A stretch of DNA of 63,644 nt, filler included, from Olpidium bornovanus S191 (lineage: Eukaryota; Fungi; Olpidiomycota), in assembly GCA_017911155.1 (NCBI GenBank). It is 28 parts of 28 records of this genome, joined end to end, with 100 filler letters (N's around TTAATTAATTAA, not from the genome) between each part and the next. Parts side by side here need not be neighbours in the genome. Positions count along the whole stretch, not along the records: positions 1 to 2,498 come from JAEFCI010004321.1; positions 2,599 to 4,976 come from JAEFCI010006848.1; positions 5,077 to 6,424 come from JAEFCI010001490.1; positions 6,525 to 7,709 come from JAEFCI010012552.1; positions 7,810 to 8,819 come from JAEFCI010010562.1; positions 8,920 to 13,660 come from JAEFCI010005559.1; 22 more parts are not named here. One strand, 5' to 3'. The position numbers and the translations under genes are program-made. Below are positions 1-12,200 of this stretch, piece by piece (position 1 is the stretch's first letter; every line of letters begins with the position of its first letter). The notes below the pieces were generated by a model. The model saw only the letters and a list, made by a program, of their open reading frames with translations. It searched no databases and had not been told where the DNA came from.

Positions 1-729
1 CATGATTTTACTGATAGATACTGTGACGTATATTCTTACGAAATAAGGTTTTAAAAGTTTTGAAGTATGGTGACCATTAACAACACAATCTTTCGTTGGA
101 TTGAAAGGAGATGTTACTGTGATTTTCGATGGTGGGCCAGTCACTTTGTGAACCTCATGTCCCACCGTTTGGTACCGTTCTGGAAATCACAGGCATTACA
201 TATGGTCGCTATATCAGAGTCAAGATGCTTGTATTGTTGGCGGTACACAAAATTGCGTTGCCGGTACATCGAATACCCCTGCATAACTATTCAGATTGTC
301 ACGCGTTACCGCACCGCGATTCTGTTCTAGCACCACTACCGCAGCCGCCGCAGCGCGACTGGCATGATCTAAATCTTTCCCAATGAGTTTTCTATTATAT
401 TTATCCTTATATGCTTCCGATATCTTAAGTACAGATGAATTAAACGTTTGCATGGAATCCGTATCGGTATAAATATCTTCTCGCCAAATTATCAGCCCAA
501 CACATCACTTCATTCATAATAAGTTTACTATTTGACAATATCAGACTTCCAACATGAGCGTAATTATGATGCTTTTTATCTCTATAATATTTTCCCCCCC
601 CCCCCCTCCCCCTCCCCCCCCGGCTGCCCCCTCCTCGCCCCCGCGCGCGTCCCGCTGGACCAACCGCGCACCCGCCCGAGCTTCCCCCGAGCGTCGCCGA
701 GACTCCGCCCGCCCCTCTCGCAGGCAGAC

Positions 730-2498
730 ATGTCGAGCCCAGCAACAGCCAAAAGCGGCGGCGCGCTACCGGACGCCAACCTGCTGCGCAACACGCCGCG
801 GTTCTGTGAAGGCGTGGCCGCCGATGATTGCGCCGCCCCCGGAACCCCGAGCTTGGCGAGAACGCGCCCAGACCCCGCGGCCGCTGTCGTCGCGGGCGCG
901 CGGGCGCCTCTCGCCTCGCCGGCCGCCGTCGACGCCGCCGCAGCGGTCGGACGGCGCCCGGCGGCCGCAACGACAAACGCCGTCGCTCCGTTGACACTTG
1001 CCGCTCCGACTGCAGCTCCCAGTTCGCCCGCCTCGCGCTTATCCGACACGCCGCCGTGCGTCGTGGTCGACCCGCCGGCGTTTAGCGACGGGGACGGCGA
1101 GTCCGTCTGGCCGACGCCCGTTCTCAGGATTGGCCAGTCGCCGGAGACCCTGCCGCCGCACGCAGCCGATGCTGGATACTACCGGCAGCTTCCTCCGGAC
1201 CACTTCACGCACCAACTATGGCTCGCCCGTGCCGGGGTTGCCCTGCTGGCTAACTCGGCGCGCAAGGGCGAGACCTCGAACGCACGGCTCTCGGCGTTTC
1301 CCGCGGGGTACCACCTGTTCAAGCACGAGAAGCAGGGCAGAAACGATGTCTATTTGTTTGGTAAGCTCTGATCTTACGCGAGGGTCGGCCGTTTCTACTC
1401 GCCACCTCACCGGCGCTTCGACGCTCTTGGAATTTCGCCATGTCCCAGGCCATCCAACCGGCCGGCGCTTCCGTTCATCGAACGAGTTCATACCTCACCT
1501 TATCTGGTTGGTCACAGGTGAGACTCAGTTCTCTAAAGGAGATCGCCTAGGCTGCGGCTCACGGTTTCTACCGCCGCGCTTCCAGACGAGTCGCGCGATC
1601 CCAGCCGCTGCTCTTGTTCCTGTTGCCTCGGCAGACCCTTCAAACGACGGAAAAACGCGAAGTCGAAATTGGAACAGTTGACCGACAGAGCACCGGCGCA
1701 CGCCGCTGAACCTAAACTGGAGTGGCAGTCTGCCACAGCTGTGGACGAAAAGACGCCCATTTTGTATACCTCGAATGGCGAACACGAAACGGGCGGCCGT
1801 GAAGAGAGCGGCAGACGGGATGGACGCCCCGACTTTATTACGTTATCCGATGGCGAGACTTCGGACGGCCCGACTGCTTGTCGTCTAGTTACCGCCCCGC
1901 AAGCAGTTGATCTGCAAGTTCCGACAGCTTCGCCACCGCAAGATCCGCCATCTGCTCTTCCTTCCGTGAAGCCGCCAGATCTCGATCGCGCCGCTCCTCT
2001 GCCGCCCCAGCTGGCTCCTGCACCTTTTCAGCTGGCCGCTCGCCCTCCCAAACTGGCGGCTCCGCCTGCGCAGCGGGAGCCTCCGCAGCTGACCGCTCCG
2101 CCTGCACAACCGAAGCCTCCGCAGTTGGCCGCTTCCTCTCCGCGACCAGCCGCCCACCCTCCGCGACCAGCCGCCCACCCTCCGCGACCAGCCGCCCCCC
2201 CTCCGCGGCCGGCCGCTCCGCCTTTGCAGCTGGCCGCGCCTTCTCCCCGGCTGGCTTCCCCAGCGCCCCGGCTGGCTTTTTTATCACCCAAGCTGGCTCC
2301 TTCGTCTCTTCATCTTGCCTGTCCATCTCCCCAGTTAACTGGTCCTCCGGCCCCGCTGTCCCGTCAACCAAGTCAGACATGTCAATCCACCCAGCCCGCA
2401 CGTCAACCCACCCAGCCAGCACGTCAGCCCACCCAAGCATCCCGCCAACCCTCTCAGCCAGCCCGTCCTCCCCAGCCGACTCATCCATCTCCCCAGCC
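730..2498 (+). CDS. Clr2-like (cryptic loci regulator 2 N-terminal domain) protein, 3' truncated; exons 730-1360, 1449-1517, 1586->2498
   Basis: The spliced product reads FPAGYHLFKHEKQGRNDVYLFGHPTGRRFRSSNEFIPHLIWLVTDESRDPSRCSCSCC. This matches the Clr2_transil pattern LPxGYxL...RxDxYLYGHP...FRSxxEFxPHLxWL...CxCxxC as I recall it. GT-AG introns 1361-1448 and 1518-1585 keep the frame into ORF 1669-2550. The start codon is uncertain. Confidence 0.72.
2138..2200 (+). repeat. 21-bp tandem repeat x3 encoding PRPAAHP in a Pro-rich region
   Basis: CTCCGCGACCAGCCGCCC(A/C)CC three times, plus a degenerate fourth copy. Confidence 0.85.
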
Positions 2499-2598
2499 NN
2501 NNNNNNNNNNNNNNNNNNNNNNNNNNNNNNNNNNNNNNNNNNTTAATTAATTAANNNNNNNNNNNNNNNNNNNNNNNNNNNNNNNNNNNNNNNNNNNN
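2499..2598. other. Artificial contig linker (first of 27)
   Basis: 44 N + TTAATTAATTAA + 44 N. The same linker starts at 4977, 6425, 7710, 8820, 13661, 15599, 17042, 19239, 21153, 22611, 23990, 25116, 26677, 28994, 30701, 32529, 35860, 37653, 41374, 42597, 45053, 48857, 52449, 55584, 57882 and 61267. ORFs ending in XXX...LIN are linker artefacts. Confidence 0.99.
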
Positions 2599-3297
2599 CC
2601 CAGAAGCATCAGTCGGTCCATTCATTCAACACGGCTTTCAACCGCCTCGCCATTCCCCTTTCTGGCACCATCCAGAAGGAACTCATCTGGCATGCGTACT
2701 TTAACGGCCTCTGCAAACTCATTCGCATCGGTGCAGTCGCCGACCCGCAGCATCGGACCAGCCTCGCGTTGTGGAAGAAAGTTTAGGCGCGACGGCGGAA
2801 TGGGCGAGGAAGGAGAGGGCCGTGAGGGTAGGGGCCGAGAGGGGGACGCGTCAAGAAAGAAAAGGGCCCCAAAATATCGACTCATTTCGTCGCGGGACCG
2901 AGTTGCGGAGAAGAAATAAGACGCGTGGACACAACGCGTGGCACATGGGCGAAGGAAGGGCAGTATTGAGGGCCGCCGATTGGTACATAAAAACCCCGAG
3001 CGAGAGATAGCAGAAAAGAACGAGCGCACTTAGCCCCCACCGTCCCTAGAACGAGGACACGTCAGTCCAAGGTTGTTTTAGACCAGGAAGGAGAGATAGA
3101 AGAATGGAAGACGTGAACAAACGGAACGGAGAGGGCGGATCGCCCGGGGAGTTCGAGAAAGAGAGAGAGAGAGAGAGAACCAGCGGGTTTTCCCCCCCCC
3201 CCAGTCACTCGCGTTTACCCTTCCCGCCTTAGAGAAGCTTTGGGGCATCACGACTGACTCCGCTTTCCGATTAAAGTACAAAACTGGTACAACAGTG

Positions 3298-4496
3298 TAT
3301 CTCCAGACACTCGCCCTGCACCTCGAGCCTGCGATGGACAGCGGCGACCGCAAGAAAGATGACCGATCTCCCGCAAGAGCTGCCGCCACCGCAGATAGTG
3401 GAAAGAACACAACAGCCACCCGTACCAGTACACGACGTGGTGGCGGTGGCCAGGGCGGCCGCGGCGGCAGACGCGGCAGAGGCCGCAGTGGAAACCCATT
3501 GGCACCGGGACTGTTCACGGCTCCAACACCTCGCGAACCACCGACCAGCCGTCCGCCCACCACCGCAACAGCACCGCCCAGCACAAGCCAATGTTGCTGG
3601 TGCCGCCGCCGATGATGACCACGAAGAATTCCCGATTGTTGCCGCCATTTTAACTGGCGATTACGACCACGCCGCGCAGCACGCGCCCGCACACACCGAT
3701 CAGGATGATCCTGATGATGCCTTTGCATGTCCGGTCGATTCACGCTCTCACCTGAAAACACTCCTCCAATCCGGCGGTCGACGAGGCCCACCGATGGACA
3801 CTTGTGCCACCCAGCACATGTTCCTCGACCGTGAATGGTTCACCCAGTATGACCGATCTAGGAGGCAAATCAAAACCGCAGCCCAGAACCCCAAGATCGC
3901 CGCCGAAGGGGAAGGGACTGTCCTCATGCAGTCCCACGTAGACCAATCATATATTTGTCTTGACAACGCACTCTACGCCCCGAAATTGGCTCCCCCGCTC
4001 TTCTCGGTCATGGCCTTGATCCGCGCCGGCTGCGATGTTCTCTTTGCTGCCCATGGCAAGGCTTATGTGTGCCGTGAACCACCCATCGACTACGCGAAAC
4101 TTAATCCCGTCATGACTGGTACCCTCGGCACCAAATTTTTCCGCCTCGACGCCAGCCCCGTCAAGGCAAAGATCACATCTGGACCGAGGACGCCGAAGCC
4201 ATGCCCATGGCAGCTACTATCACACCGTCTCACCCGGAGACCGATTTTGCGCGCTGGCATGCGCATCTCAGACACCTCGGCGCTGCCAATATGCTCATTC
4301 TCCAGAAACTGGCGTTGGGCGCTTTTACAACGGCGAATCTTCACAACCCCTCCCTCCTTCCCTTCTGTGATCCATGCGCCATGGGCAAATCCCGTCGCAC
4401 ACTGCATCCCCCGTCGACAACTCGCCACCCACTCGGGACCCACGTTTCTCTGGATTATTACGGACCGCTCCCAGCAGACCTGACTGGCGAGAAATA
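3298..4496 (+). mobile_element. Ty1/copia retrotransposon fragment: gag remnant, protease, GAG-pre-integrase and start of integrase (frameshifted)
   Basis: Protease MDTCATQHMFLDREWF and DNALYAPKLAPPLFSV; pre-integrase FARWHAHLRHLG...FCDPCAMGKSRR; integrase start HVSLDYYGPLP. There is a frameshift near 4190. Confidence 0.88.
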
Positions 4497-4976
4497 TAAG
4501 AAGGAGAACATGCGCGCCGTGCTCCTCTGCCGTGGACTGTGGGACGCCGTGACTGGTGAAGATGAACGCCCCACCCATGGAACACCGAGCCAGCTATGTG
4601 ACTGGAACCGGTCGAACGGAGAGGCTTATGGCGAGCTTTTCCTGCATATCTCTGACCTCTACAAACACCTGATGAAGGGCAAAGAAACAGCGAGAAAAGC
4701 GTGGGTGTTGTTGCAAGCGCACTTCGAGTCACCGCGTACCACAGCGCGAGTGGAGGCAAAGGTTGCCCTGTACAGCACGCGTATGGAGGATACGGAAACT
4801 TTTGACCACTTTCTTGTGAGGCTGAAGGATCAAGTCGCACGCCTCCTGGACATGGGGGAGAAAAATGTGCGTGACTGGGAAGACGAGACGCGTGACCTTC
4901 TAATGATGGGTAGCCTCCATCTGCTCCGAGCGGCGGTTGACGGGTTATCGAGTCGCGTCTACTACGACGACAAACG
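4497..4976 (+). mobile_element. Second copia gag (UBN2/Retrotran_gag_2-like), fused in frame after the integrase start
   Basis: NMRAVLLCRGLWDAVTG...EAYGELFLHISD...TARKAWVLLQAHFE...LYSTRMEDTETFDHFL is a typical copia gag N-terminal region. Confidence 0.82.
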
Positions 4977-5117
4977 NNNNNNNNNNNNNNNNNNNNNNNN
5001 NNNNNNNNNNNNNNNNNNNNTTAATTAATTAANNNNNNNNNNNNNNNNNNNNNNNNNNNNNNNNNNNNNNNNNNNNAGCGGGGGGGGGGGGGGCGGGGGG
5101 GGGGGGGGGGGGGGGGG

Positions 5118-5169
<52 letters not shown>

Positions 5170-5334
5170 CGGGTTGGGGGCGTGGGAACACCTGCCGGAA
5201 TCCCGACCCGCTGCGGGTTTTGTTTGCATCCGGGTCCGTTTGGCGGACGCGCGCGGGGCGAGGTCCCGCCGAAACGAACGCGCGCACACAGCCCAGCGAA
5301 GAAAACCCCCTCGAGCAGTCCCCGCCTCGGAACG

Positions 5335-6193
5335 ATGTCGGCCACGTCGGCGGCAGCGGCGCACCTGGGGAAGCCAGACGCCCGCACTAGGCTTCTCTGC
5401 GCCTACCGCCACCTGCTTCGGTCTCAGAGCAAGACCTTCCGCGGTGAGCGGTGCAGAGCTCGACTTGGCGCGGCGTAACGTCGCGGAGAGGACGCGCCGG
5501 TTGGAAAAACAAAGCACCCGGCGGTGCCGGGAGATCCTTATGCTGGAACGTCAAAAAAAGGAGAAGAGGGAGAAGGAACGAGAGAGAAACAGAGGGAGGG
5601 AGGAACGGAGAAGGAGAGAGGGAATCCCTGATGAAAGCAAAATCCCAAACTCGTCTAACGTGCATCCGGTCTCCCTCTGTTTCTCCGCAACTTTTGCGAC
5701 ACTGCAGGAGACGCGTATGCGTTGAGTATGGGGCGCACCTGGGCGCGGGAAAAATTTGCAAGAACGTTCGAAAGTGACGACGACCGCGAAAAAGTAACGC
5801 AGGGTGGAGGGTTTGCTTGGGGAAGTCGGATTGCCAGGGAACGCTTTTCCATATTCACATGGCAGCGCACTGACGGCGGCGCGTTGACAAAAAACCCAGG
5901 CCATCCTTTATGCGGAAGAAGCTGCCGTTTTCTTCCGGAGAAACGTTGTGCAGGGCGTCCGGACGGTGGAAGACACCTTCAGTGAGCGGCTGTGACGTTC
6001 CGCGCTGGCTTTTGTACGACTGCGGCGCGAACTCCTCGTGTCTTCTAACGGCGCCGCTTCGAACACAACCACCAACCTCCCCCCCCTCCCCTCCCGCCCG
6101 CGCGCAGGACTAAGGGTCACCGAAGACACGGAGATGAACGACAACTCCACAATTATGCAAAAAAAGGGAACCAAGCGCGGTACGAAGCACTGA
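5335..6193 (+). CDS. MZM1: Mitochondrial zinc maintenance protein 1 / LYRM7 (complex III assembly LYR protein); exons 5335-5443, 5708-5792, 5900-5981, 6108-6193
   Basis: The spliced product reads ...LLCAYRHLLRSQSKTFRGDAYALSMGRTWAREKF...AEEAAVFFRRNVVQGVRTVEDTFRLRVTEDTEMNDNST. It shows the LYR-like AYR motif, FxGD, NVVQG and LRxxxxTExxDN typical of Mzm1. All introns are GT-AG and in phase. Confidence 0.87.
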
Positions 6194-7845
6194 TTCGACG
6201 GCATGATCGGAACGGACCACGCCGCTGCGTGTATCATTATATATCCGGGCCTTCGGAATTTCGACGAACTGCCGGAAATGACCGCCCCTGCAGGCGCGCG
6301 GGTCCGGAGTTTTTCCCATCCGTCCGATGTGCCGCGCAGCCCGGCGTGTTCGCCGAAGCGCACATTTCGCGACACCGTGAAAACGTCTTTGCATCGGCGT
6401 CCTGTGACCCTCTAGAAATCCGGGNNNNNNNNNNNNNNNNNNNNNNNNNNNNNNNNNNNNNNNNNNNNTTAATTAATTAANNNNNNNNNNNNNNNNNNNN
6501 NNNNNNNNNNNNNNNNNNNNNNNNCATGATCGGCACCGGCGATTGGCACCATCGGCGTTTGGCACCATCGGCGATAGGCGGAATGAGTGTTCTGGACTGG
6601 TGCTCAGGATCAGAGTTCAGAGTCAGGTGTTAGGGCCACAGGATCGGGAGATCAGCGATTTCTGCGGCGTTTCGCCGCGCTGCAAAACTCCTCCGGACCA
6701 ACGAGGGCAGGGGGCGGAGTGAGCACACACCGGGGGCGCCTCGTCTGGCGGTCACGTGACCACGGCCCCCGGGTGTGGGAAGGCGCAGGCTTCTCCGCCA
6801 CGTGCGCTGCCCCGCCCTCCCTTTCCTTCCTCGCTCCCTTCTCTGCGCGACACAACCTCTCTTAAGCAACCGGGCCACCACGTCCCCACCCTGCCCGCCC
6901 CCGCTCCCGCACCCGTCAGTCTCCTGCCCGCTCGTGGACAGAGCGTTCGGCTGCGGAAGAAAGAAGTTTGGAACCGGTTGTGAGAGTTTTCTGCTGCGGA
7001 AAAGGCGTGCTCCGAAGGCGCGCGCCGTGCGGCCTGGTTCGCGGAGTGCGCTGCTGCTGCGCAGCGGGCCAGTCACGACACCACGCGCCTGCTGGACGGG
7101 AGTGGTTTCTGCGCTTCGCTTGCCAAGTCGACGGGGACTGCCCGCGGACGGCGCCACACCGCGGAGGTGAGTGTGGCTGCGGCCGCGCGCGCTGGACGGT
7201 TGGGCGACGCAGGAGAGAGAAAGTGCGCGGCGCGAACGGAGCTCCGCTTCCTCTCGCCCCGTTGCGGCGGTTCTCGGTTGAGAGAGGAAACGGGGCGTGG
7301 GAGGGAAGTGGGAGTGGATAGCAGCGGAGCCGTACGATACGAGCGGTACGCGCTGACAACGCCCAGGTGTGGGTGAGGCGCCGGCGGACGTCGCTCTCCG
7401 TGTTTTCGTTTGCTCCTGTTTCTGACACGACTCTGCGGCGAGTCCGGCCCCTTATAAACACAGAGGCGCTGGTCCAACTGCAAGACCGGCGAAGACCCGC
7501 ACCTGTGCGAGCGGTTTGGCAGACGAAAAACGTCGTTTTGGCCCCCGGAAAAGTTGCTGACCCCCTTTTTCCGCCATTTCCTGCAGCACATGATCAGCCC
7601 GTGGCAACGGGACCCACCGCAACGTTTATCTAAAGTAAGATCAAGGGTTCAATAGTTTTGTATATTCTGCCGCGACTTCCTTATTTGGAGAACTCGTTTG
7701 TCGCTCAGCNNNNNNNNNNNNNNNNNNNNNNNNNNNNNNNNNNNNNNNNNNNNTTAATTAATTAANNNNNNNNNNNNNNNNNNNNNNNNNNNNNNNNNNN
7801 NNNNNNNNNGGGCGGAAGAGGGGGGGGGGGGGGGGGCGGCGCCGT

Positions 7846-7894
<49 letters not shown>

Positions 7895-8217
7895 GGACGG
7901 TGCGATCGTTTTGCAGGGAGAAGGGGGAAGGCGGGTTAGAATTTGTGAAAAGGCAGAAACAGATAAAACGAGGGAAAAAAGAAAAGTAAATGGCCGACAG
8001 GAAATGGCAGGGTTCACGTCCGCTGCGATCTCCCCTTTTTCGAGGTGAAACGACCTCCTTTTCGAGGTAAAAAGGACGCGAAGCCGAACGACGCCGCCGG
8101 GAACCGGGGCTTCTCGTTCTGCCCCTTTCCCCCCAAACTCCGCATTACCGGGAAAAACAGAAAAATAAAAAATTACAATAAAACAAGAAAAAGAAAATAC
8201 AATAAAGAAACGCTCAC

Positions 8218-8783
8218 CAAAATCACCATCACGTGCCATATCTGATGCGAATTTACGACGATGTCGAGCTTTCCGGAAAACAGCAGTTCGGGCCACCGCA
8301 GCACGTCTGTTACGAGATTTTTTTAAAGGTTTCCGGCATAAACGTTTGACGACGATTTCACAGTTTTTTTTGATTTGTTTCATTTCTTTTTTCCGCCGTT
8401 CCCCGCGCGCGCGCCCGCGGCTGGGGAGGCCGCAAAAAAACAGGAAAAACCGGGGCGCGAAGGGAGGAACGACTCACAGACCGCCACCCCTCCGCCGAAT
8501 CCGACCGCCACGCCGAGCAGCCACATCGGGTTTCCCAGCTTCTGCAGGAGGCGCGCGTGGCCGACGAGGACGGCGGTGTGGACGACGAGGGCTGAGAGGG
8601 CGGCGGCCAGGGAGAAGAAGAACACCGCCCTCACCGTCCGGAGCTTCGGCTGGCGGAAGAACGGGAACCACGGGAGAACCAGGCCGGCCAGCGTGAGCGC
8701 CGCGGTGACGGACAGGTACACGGGCCGGAGCATCGAGTGGCAGTAGAGGCCGAAGTGGACCAGGTTTGCGAAGGACCCGAAAA
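8218..8783 (-). CDS. PAQR / hemolysin-III family (IZH/adiponectin receptor-like) membrane protein, internal exons
   Basis: FGSFANLVHFGLYCHSMLRPVYL...PWFPFFRQPKLRTVRAVFF, and a later exon WPELLFSGKLDIVVNSHQIWHVMV matching PExxxPGKFDxxxxSHQxxHxxV. Confidence 0.82.
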
Positions 8784-9289
8784 CTATTTTTTTTTTTGTT
8801 CGCGGACAGATTAAACAAANNNNNNNNNNNNNNNNNNNNNNNNNNNNNNNNNNNNNNNNNNNNTTAATTAATTAANNNNNNNNNNNNNNNNNNNNNNNNN
8901 NNNNNNNNNNNNNNNNNNNCCCCCCTCCCCTCCCTCTCCCCCCCCCCCCCCCCCCCCCTTCCCCTTCATTCCGCAGCGCACACTCCTGCTGCTCCCCCCT
9001 CCATCCGCTCCTGTGTTCACTGATCTCTCCGCGGGAAAAGCAGGGGCCCAAGGCATTTAGTCTGACTGGTATAGCAATCACATTTTAATCCTAGATTTGC
9101 TACAGCTGGTGAATGTATTACACCTGCAGATGTAATTAATATTCCACGCTCACAGTACGTACAGTACATTCGGGCAGAAACGTGTTTGAGCCGGCAATTT
9201 GTATCGCCGGTACTTTGCGTCATTGAACAACAAGCATTATAAAAATAAACTGAGCAAAGATACGCTGCGATCGCAGCAGCCGCGGTAAA

Positions 9290-12200
9290 TCACAGCCACG
9301 GTTGCCAACCTGCGGAAATGCGCAACATCAAATGAACCAATTTTCAGAACTGGGAGCTCCTGTCCATCGGTTATTAAGCAGGGGCATACCTGGAAACATC
9401 CGACAAAGATTGTCTTCGTTCGTGGCAGTCTCGATCAACTCGTTGACTTGGCATTCGACGCTCGCGTCATTCGCCAAACGGTTCTTGACAAGCCGCAACG
9501 CCCGCTCAGCTTCTTTGTTCACCTCCTCTTTGCCTCCCCTGGCGGCATCTGACGCCGGGGTGGGCTGATCGGCGTCCGCCCCGGCGGTGCCGGAGGAGCG
9601 CTCTTGGATCCTTTTTGCTTTCAGCGGCGACAGCGTCCAACTGTGGAGCGGGTCGTGCTTGAACACCTCGAGAATGGTCATCAGGATCGTGGCGTTCGCC
9701 GGATCCCGGAGCACGCGCAGCGTCTTTTCGCAGCAGCGTCGAAATACGCCCTCCACGCCTCCGCTGGCCGAGCCCATCCCGTCCACAATGTCTCTGGTGA
9801 GCCGGAACGGGACCAGCTCCGGAGTGGGCAGCAGCTTACCCTGGTCGAACGCTATGCCGAGGTCGATGTGCACCACCTCTGCAGACCGTTTGTCCAGCAG
9901 GATGTTCTGGGAGTGCCGGTCGCCCAGTCCGAGGATGCATCCCGTGATTGAGTTTGATGCAACGCTCCTGGTGTATGCCAAGCGTTTCTAATCAGCCGTA
10001 AGGTAGATTGTCAGTGTTTTAGTGAGTGTCCTTGAAAGAACCGCCAAAACATCACACTAACCTCGTACCACACGACAGGATCGGGAAACTCCTCGAAGGA
10101 AAAGTACCGGAAGACGGGCTTGAATTTCTGAGTGATCTGCCTGTAGACGCTCATTTTGCTCTGCGTGGTAGACCCCTGGCGACCATGCTCTTCACTCATC
10201 ATCTTTCGACAGTCCTGCGGTGATAGATCTCCCGGCCGATACCTTTAGCGAAACGGCACGTGGGTTCAGAGGCGGAGAAAGTCTGAAACTGTTGTCTGCT
10301 GATTCTCTTTCCAACGATGTCATACCTTTTATGAGCGCTAACAAGCCATTCGCCAATCGGGCACGTGTTTTCCACCCACTCCAGGACACCAGTGGCAGAA
10401 GACAGCGGAATCACCTTGTACGTCCGTATCGAGAGCTTCCTCTGGCGAGTCGCAAGCGTGGTTCGCAACATGTCCCGCACGACGACGAAGACTTGCTGCA
10501 TTACGGCGTCTTGTCGCAAATCGTCGTTGAATTTCACCTGTGCGATCGCTCGCTTTAACAACTAAACAAAATTCAATAATCGGCGAATGAGTTACCTACA
10601 TACCAGTTGGGTATACCTTTTGCCGTCCGACCCTTCGCAAACGATAATCTTCGGTCGGTTGATGCCGCCGGCGACTCTAAATGTCGAATCTAAGGACTGC
10701 ATCCAGACAACCTCCTTGTATGTTCCGGTCGGATCAACGGGGAGGTCCACTGTAACGACCGGAAGCCGCATGCCGGATTGCAACAATCGCGGTATCCTCA
10801 GCCTTTTGTCTACGGGAAACGGGCCGCGCGCTTCTTTGCGGGATGTTGGCGGTATTGGGAAAGCGGCCAGCTCGTTGTAGGCGTTTGCGAGGGCCTCCAC
10901 CCAGGGGACAATGCGCCTGAGCTTCTCCGTAGCCGCCAGTTTATTCCATATGGCGCAAGCCGCCTGGTGGCGGCCAGCAGACGCGTCCTCGCCGCTTACT
11001 CCCATAAGCGCACGCGCTTTCGAGGAACCGGTGGACGCCCCCACGCGCAGTGCGAACAGTTGGTACAGCGTGTGGAAAGGATGCTCCTGCGCCATCTTTT
11101 CGACAAGCTCGGACAAAACTGCCTGGAATTCAGCTTCCCGCGTTCCCGCGGCTGAATCGGTCGGCGTATTCAGGCGAGCCGAGAGCTGGTGCATCAGGGG
11201 GATGAACTTGTAGAGCGCAACGCATCGCAGATTTTGCTTCATCAAAGAGTTGATCTGCCGGACGTCCGAGTTCGCGAACCACAGCGCGCAAAGGTGGAAG
11301 ACAACCATGTCATGGCTGTTTCCGAAGGTCAGACAGCGCACGTAGTTCTCAACTGCGGCAGAGAGGAAGTATTGTTGGCGGTTGATGAAAGACTGGGCAT
11401 CCTCTCGGTCCGCCGAATACTGCACTTCAAGCTTGGATTGCTGGTGACGTAACGCCGCTTTAGCCTTCGCATTTTTGGCATGGGCTATCTGTTCTGCGCA
11501 CGCGTCGATTTCGGCTCTCTTATGCCAGAGGAGCTTGATGGCGGCGGCATGATCGTCAGAATCCTTGACTGTTTCGTACTGCTTGTGGGAGTACCGCGCT
11601 AAAGAGTGATGACGTTTCGAGAGCTGCGGGTCGTCCGCGCTCTCGGTCGCCTCGCACGGGTGATCAGCACCCATCAGATTGATACCCTTTACCAGATATT
11701 GTTCGGCCACAACATGGGGCCGTTCCGTGCGACACTGCCCTATCCACTTTCCCTGTGGAGCACGCATTCCGCGCGATGAGCACGAGACGTTCCGCAAAAA
11801 GCGCGGCTTGGAAGCAACGTTCCCCCTCGATGCCGCAAGTCACTCACAGTTTTGCAAAGAATTATCCCGTGAAGTCGCCGTGTGATTGCGAGCGGAGAAA
11901 CCACGCCGGTCTCCTTTCGACAAGCCGTATCCAGCAACGATTTCATGGCGCGTATTGCAGTGGAGTGCTCGTTTTGAGACCACAAAAGGTTTATCTCCTG
12001 AAGGAAAACCTCGGGGTCGCAAGTAGCCGAAATCTCAGACTCATTGGCATCTGATGCCGCCAGCTGACCCTGACGCTGACAAACTTTCAGCTGGTGTAAA
12101 GCAGTCGAAGCGAGCTGGAGCTGGCCGGACTTTCTAGCCAGTGTGATGTATTTTATCTGATGCTCCCTGAAAACGGAATTCACGTCCGCGCCATCAACGG

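Noticed and set aside
5021-5517. Poly-Pro/poly-Gly ORFs at contig ends (also near 15.0-15.6, 26.5, 44.4-45.1, 52.0-52.5 and 57.7 kb)
   Set aside because: Translations of homopolymer tracts and linkers.
6525-7709. Contig 4 ORFs and short GGCACCATCGGCG repeats at its start
   Set aside because: No recognisable domain or consistent exon chain; the repeats are too short to call an element.
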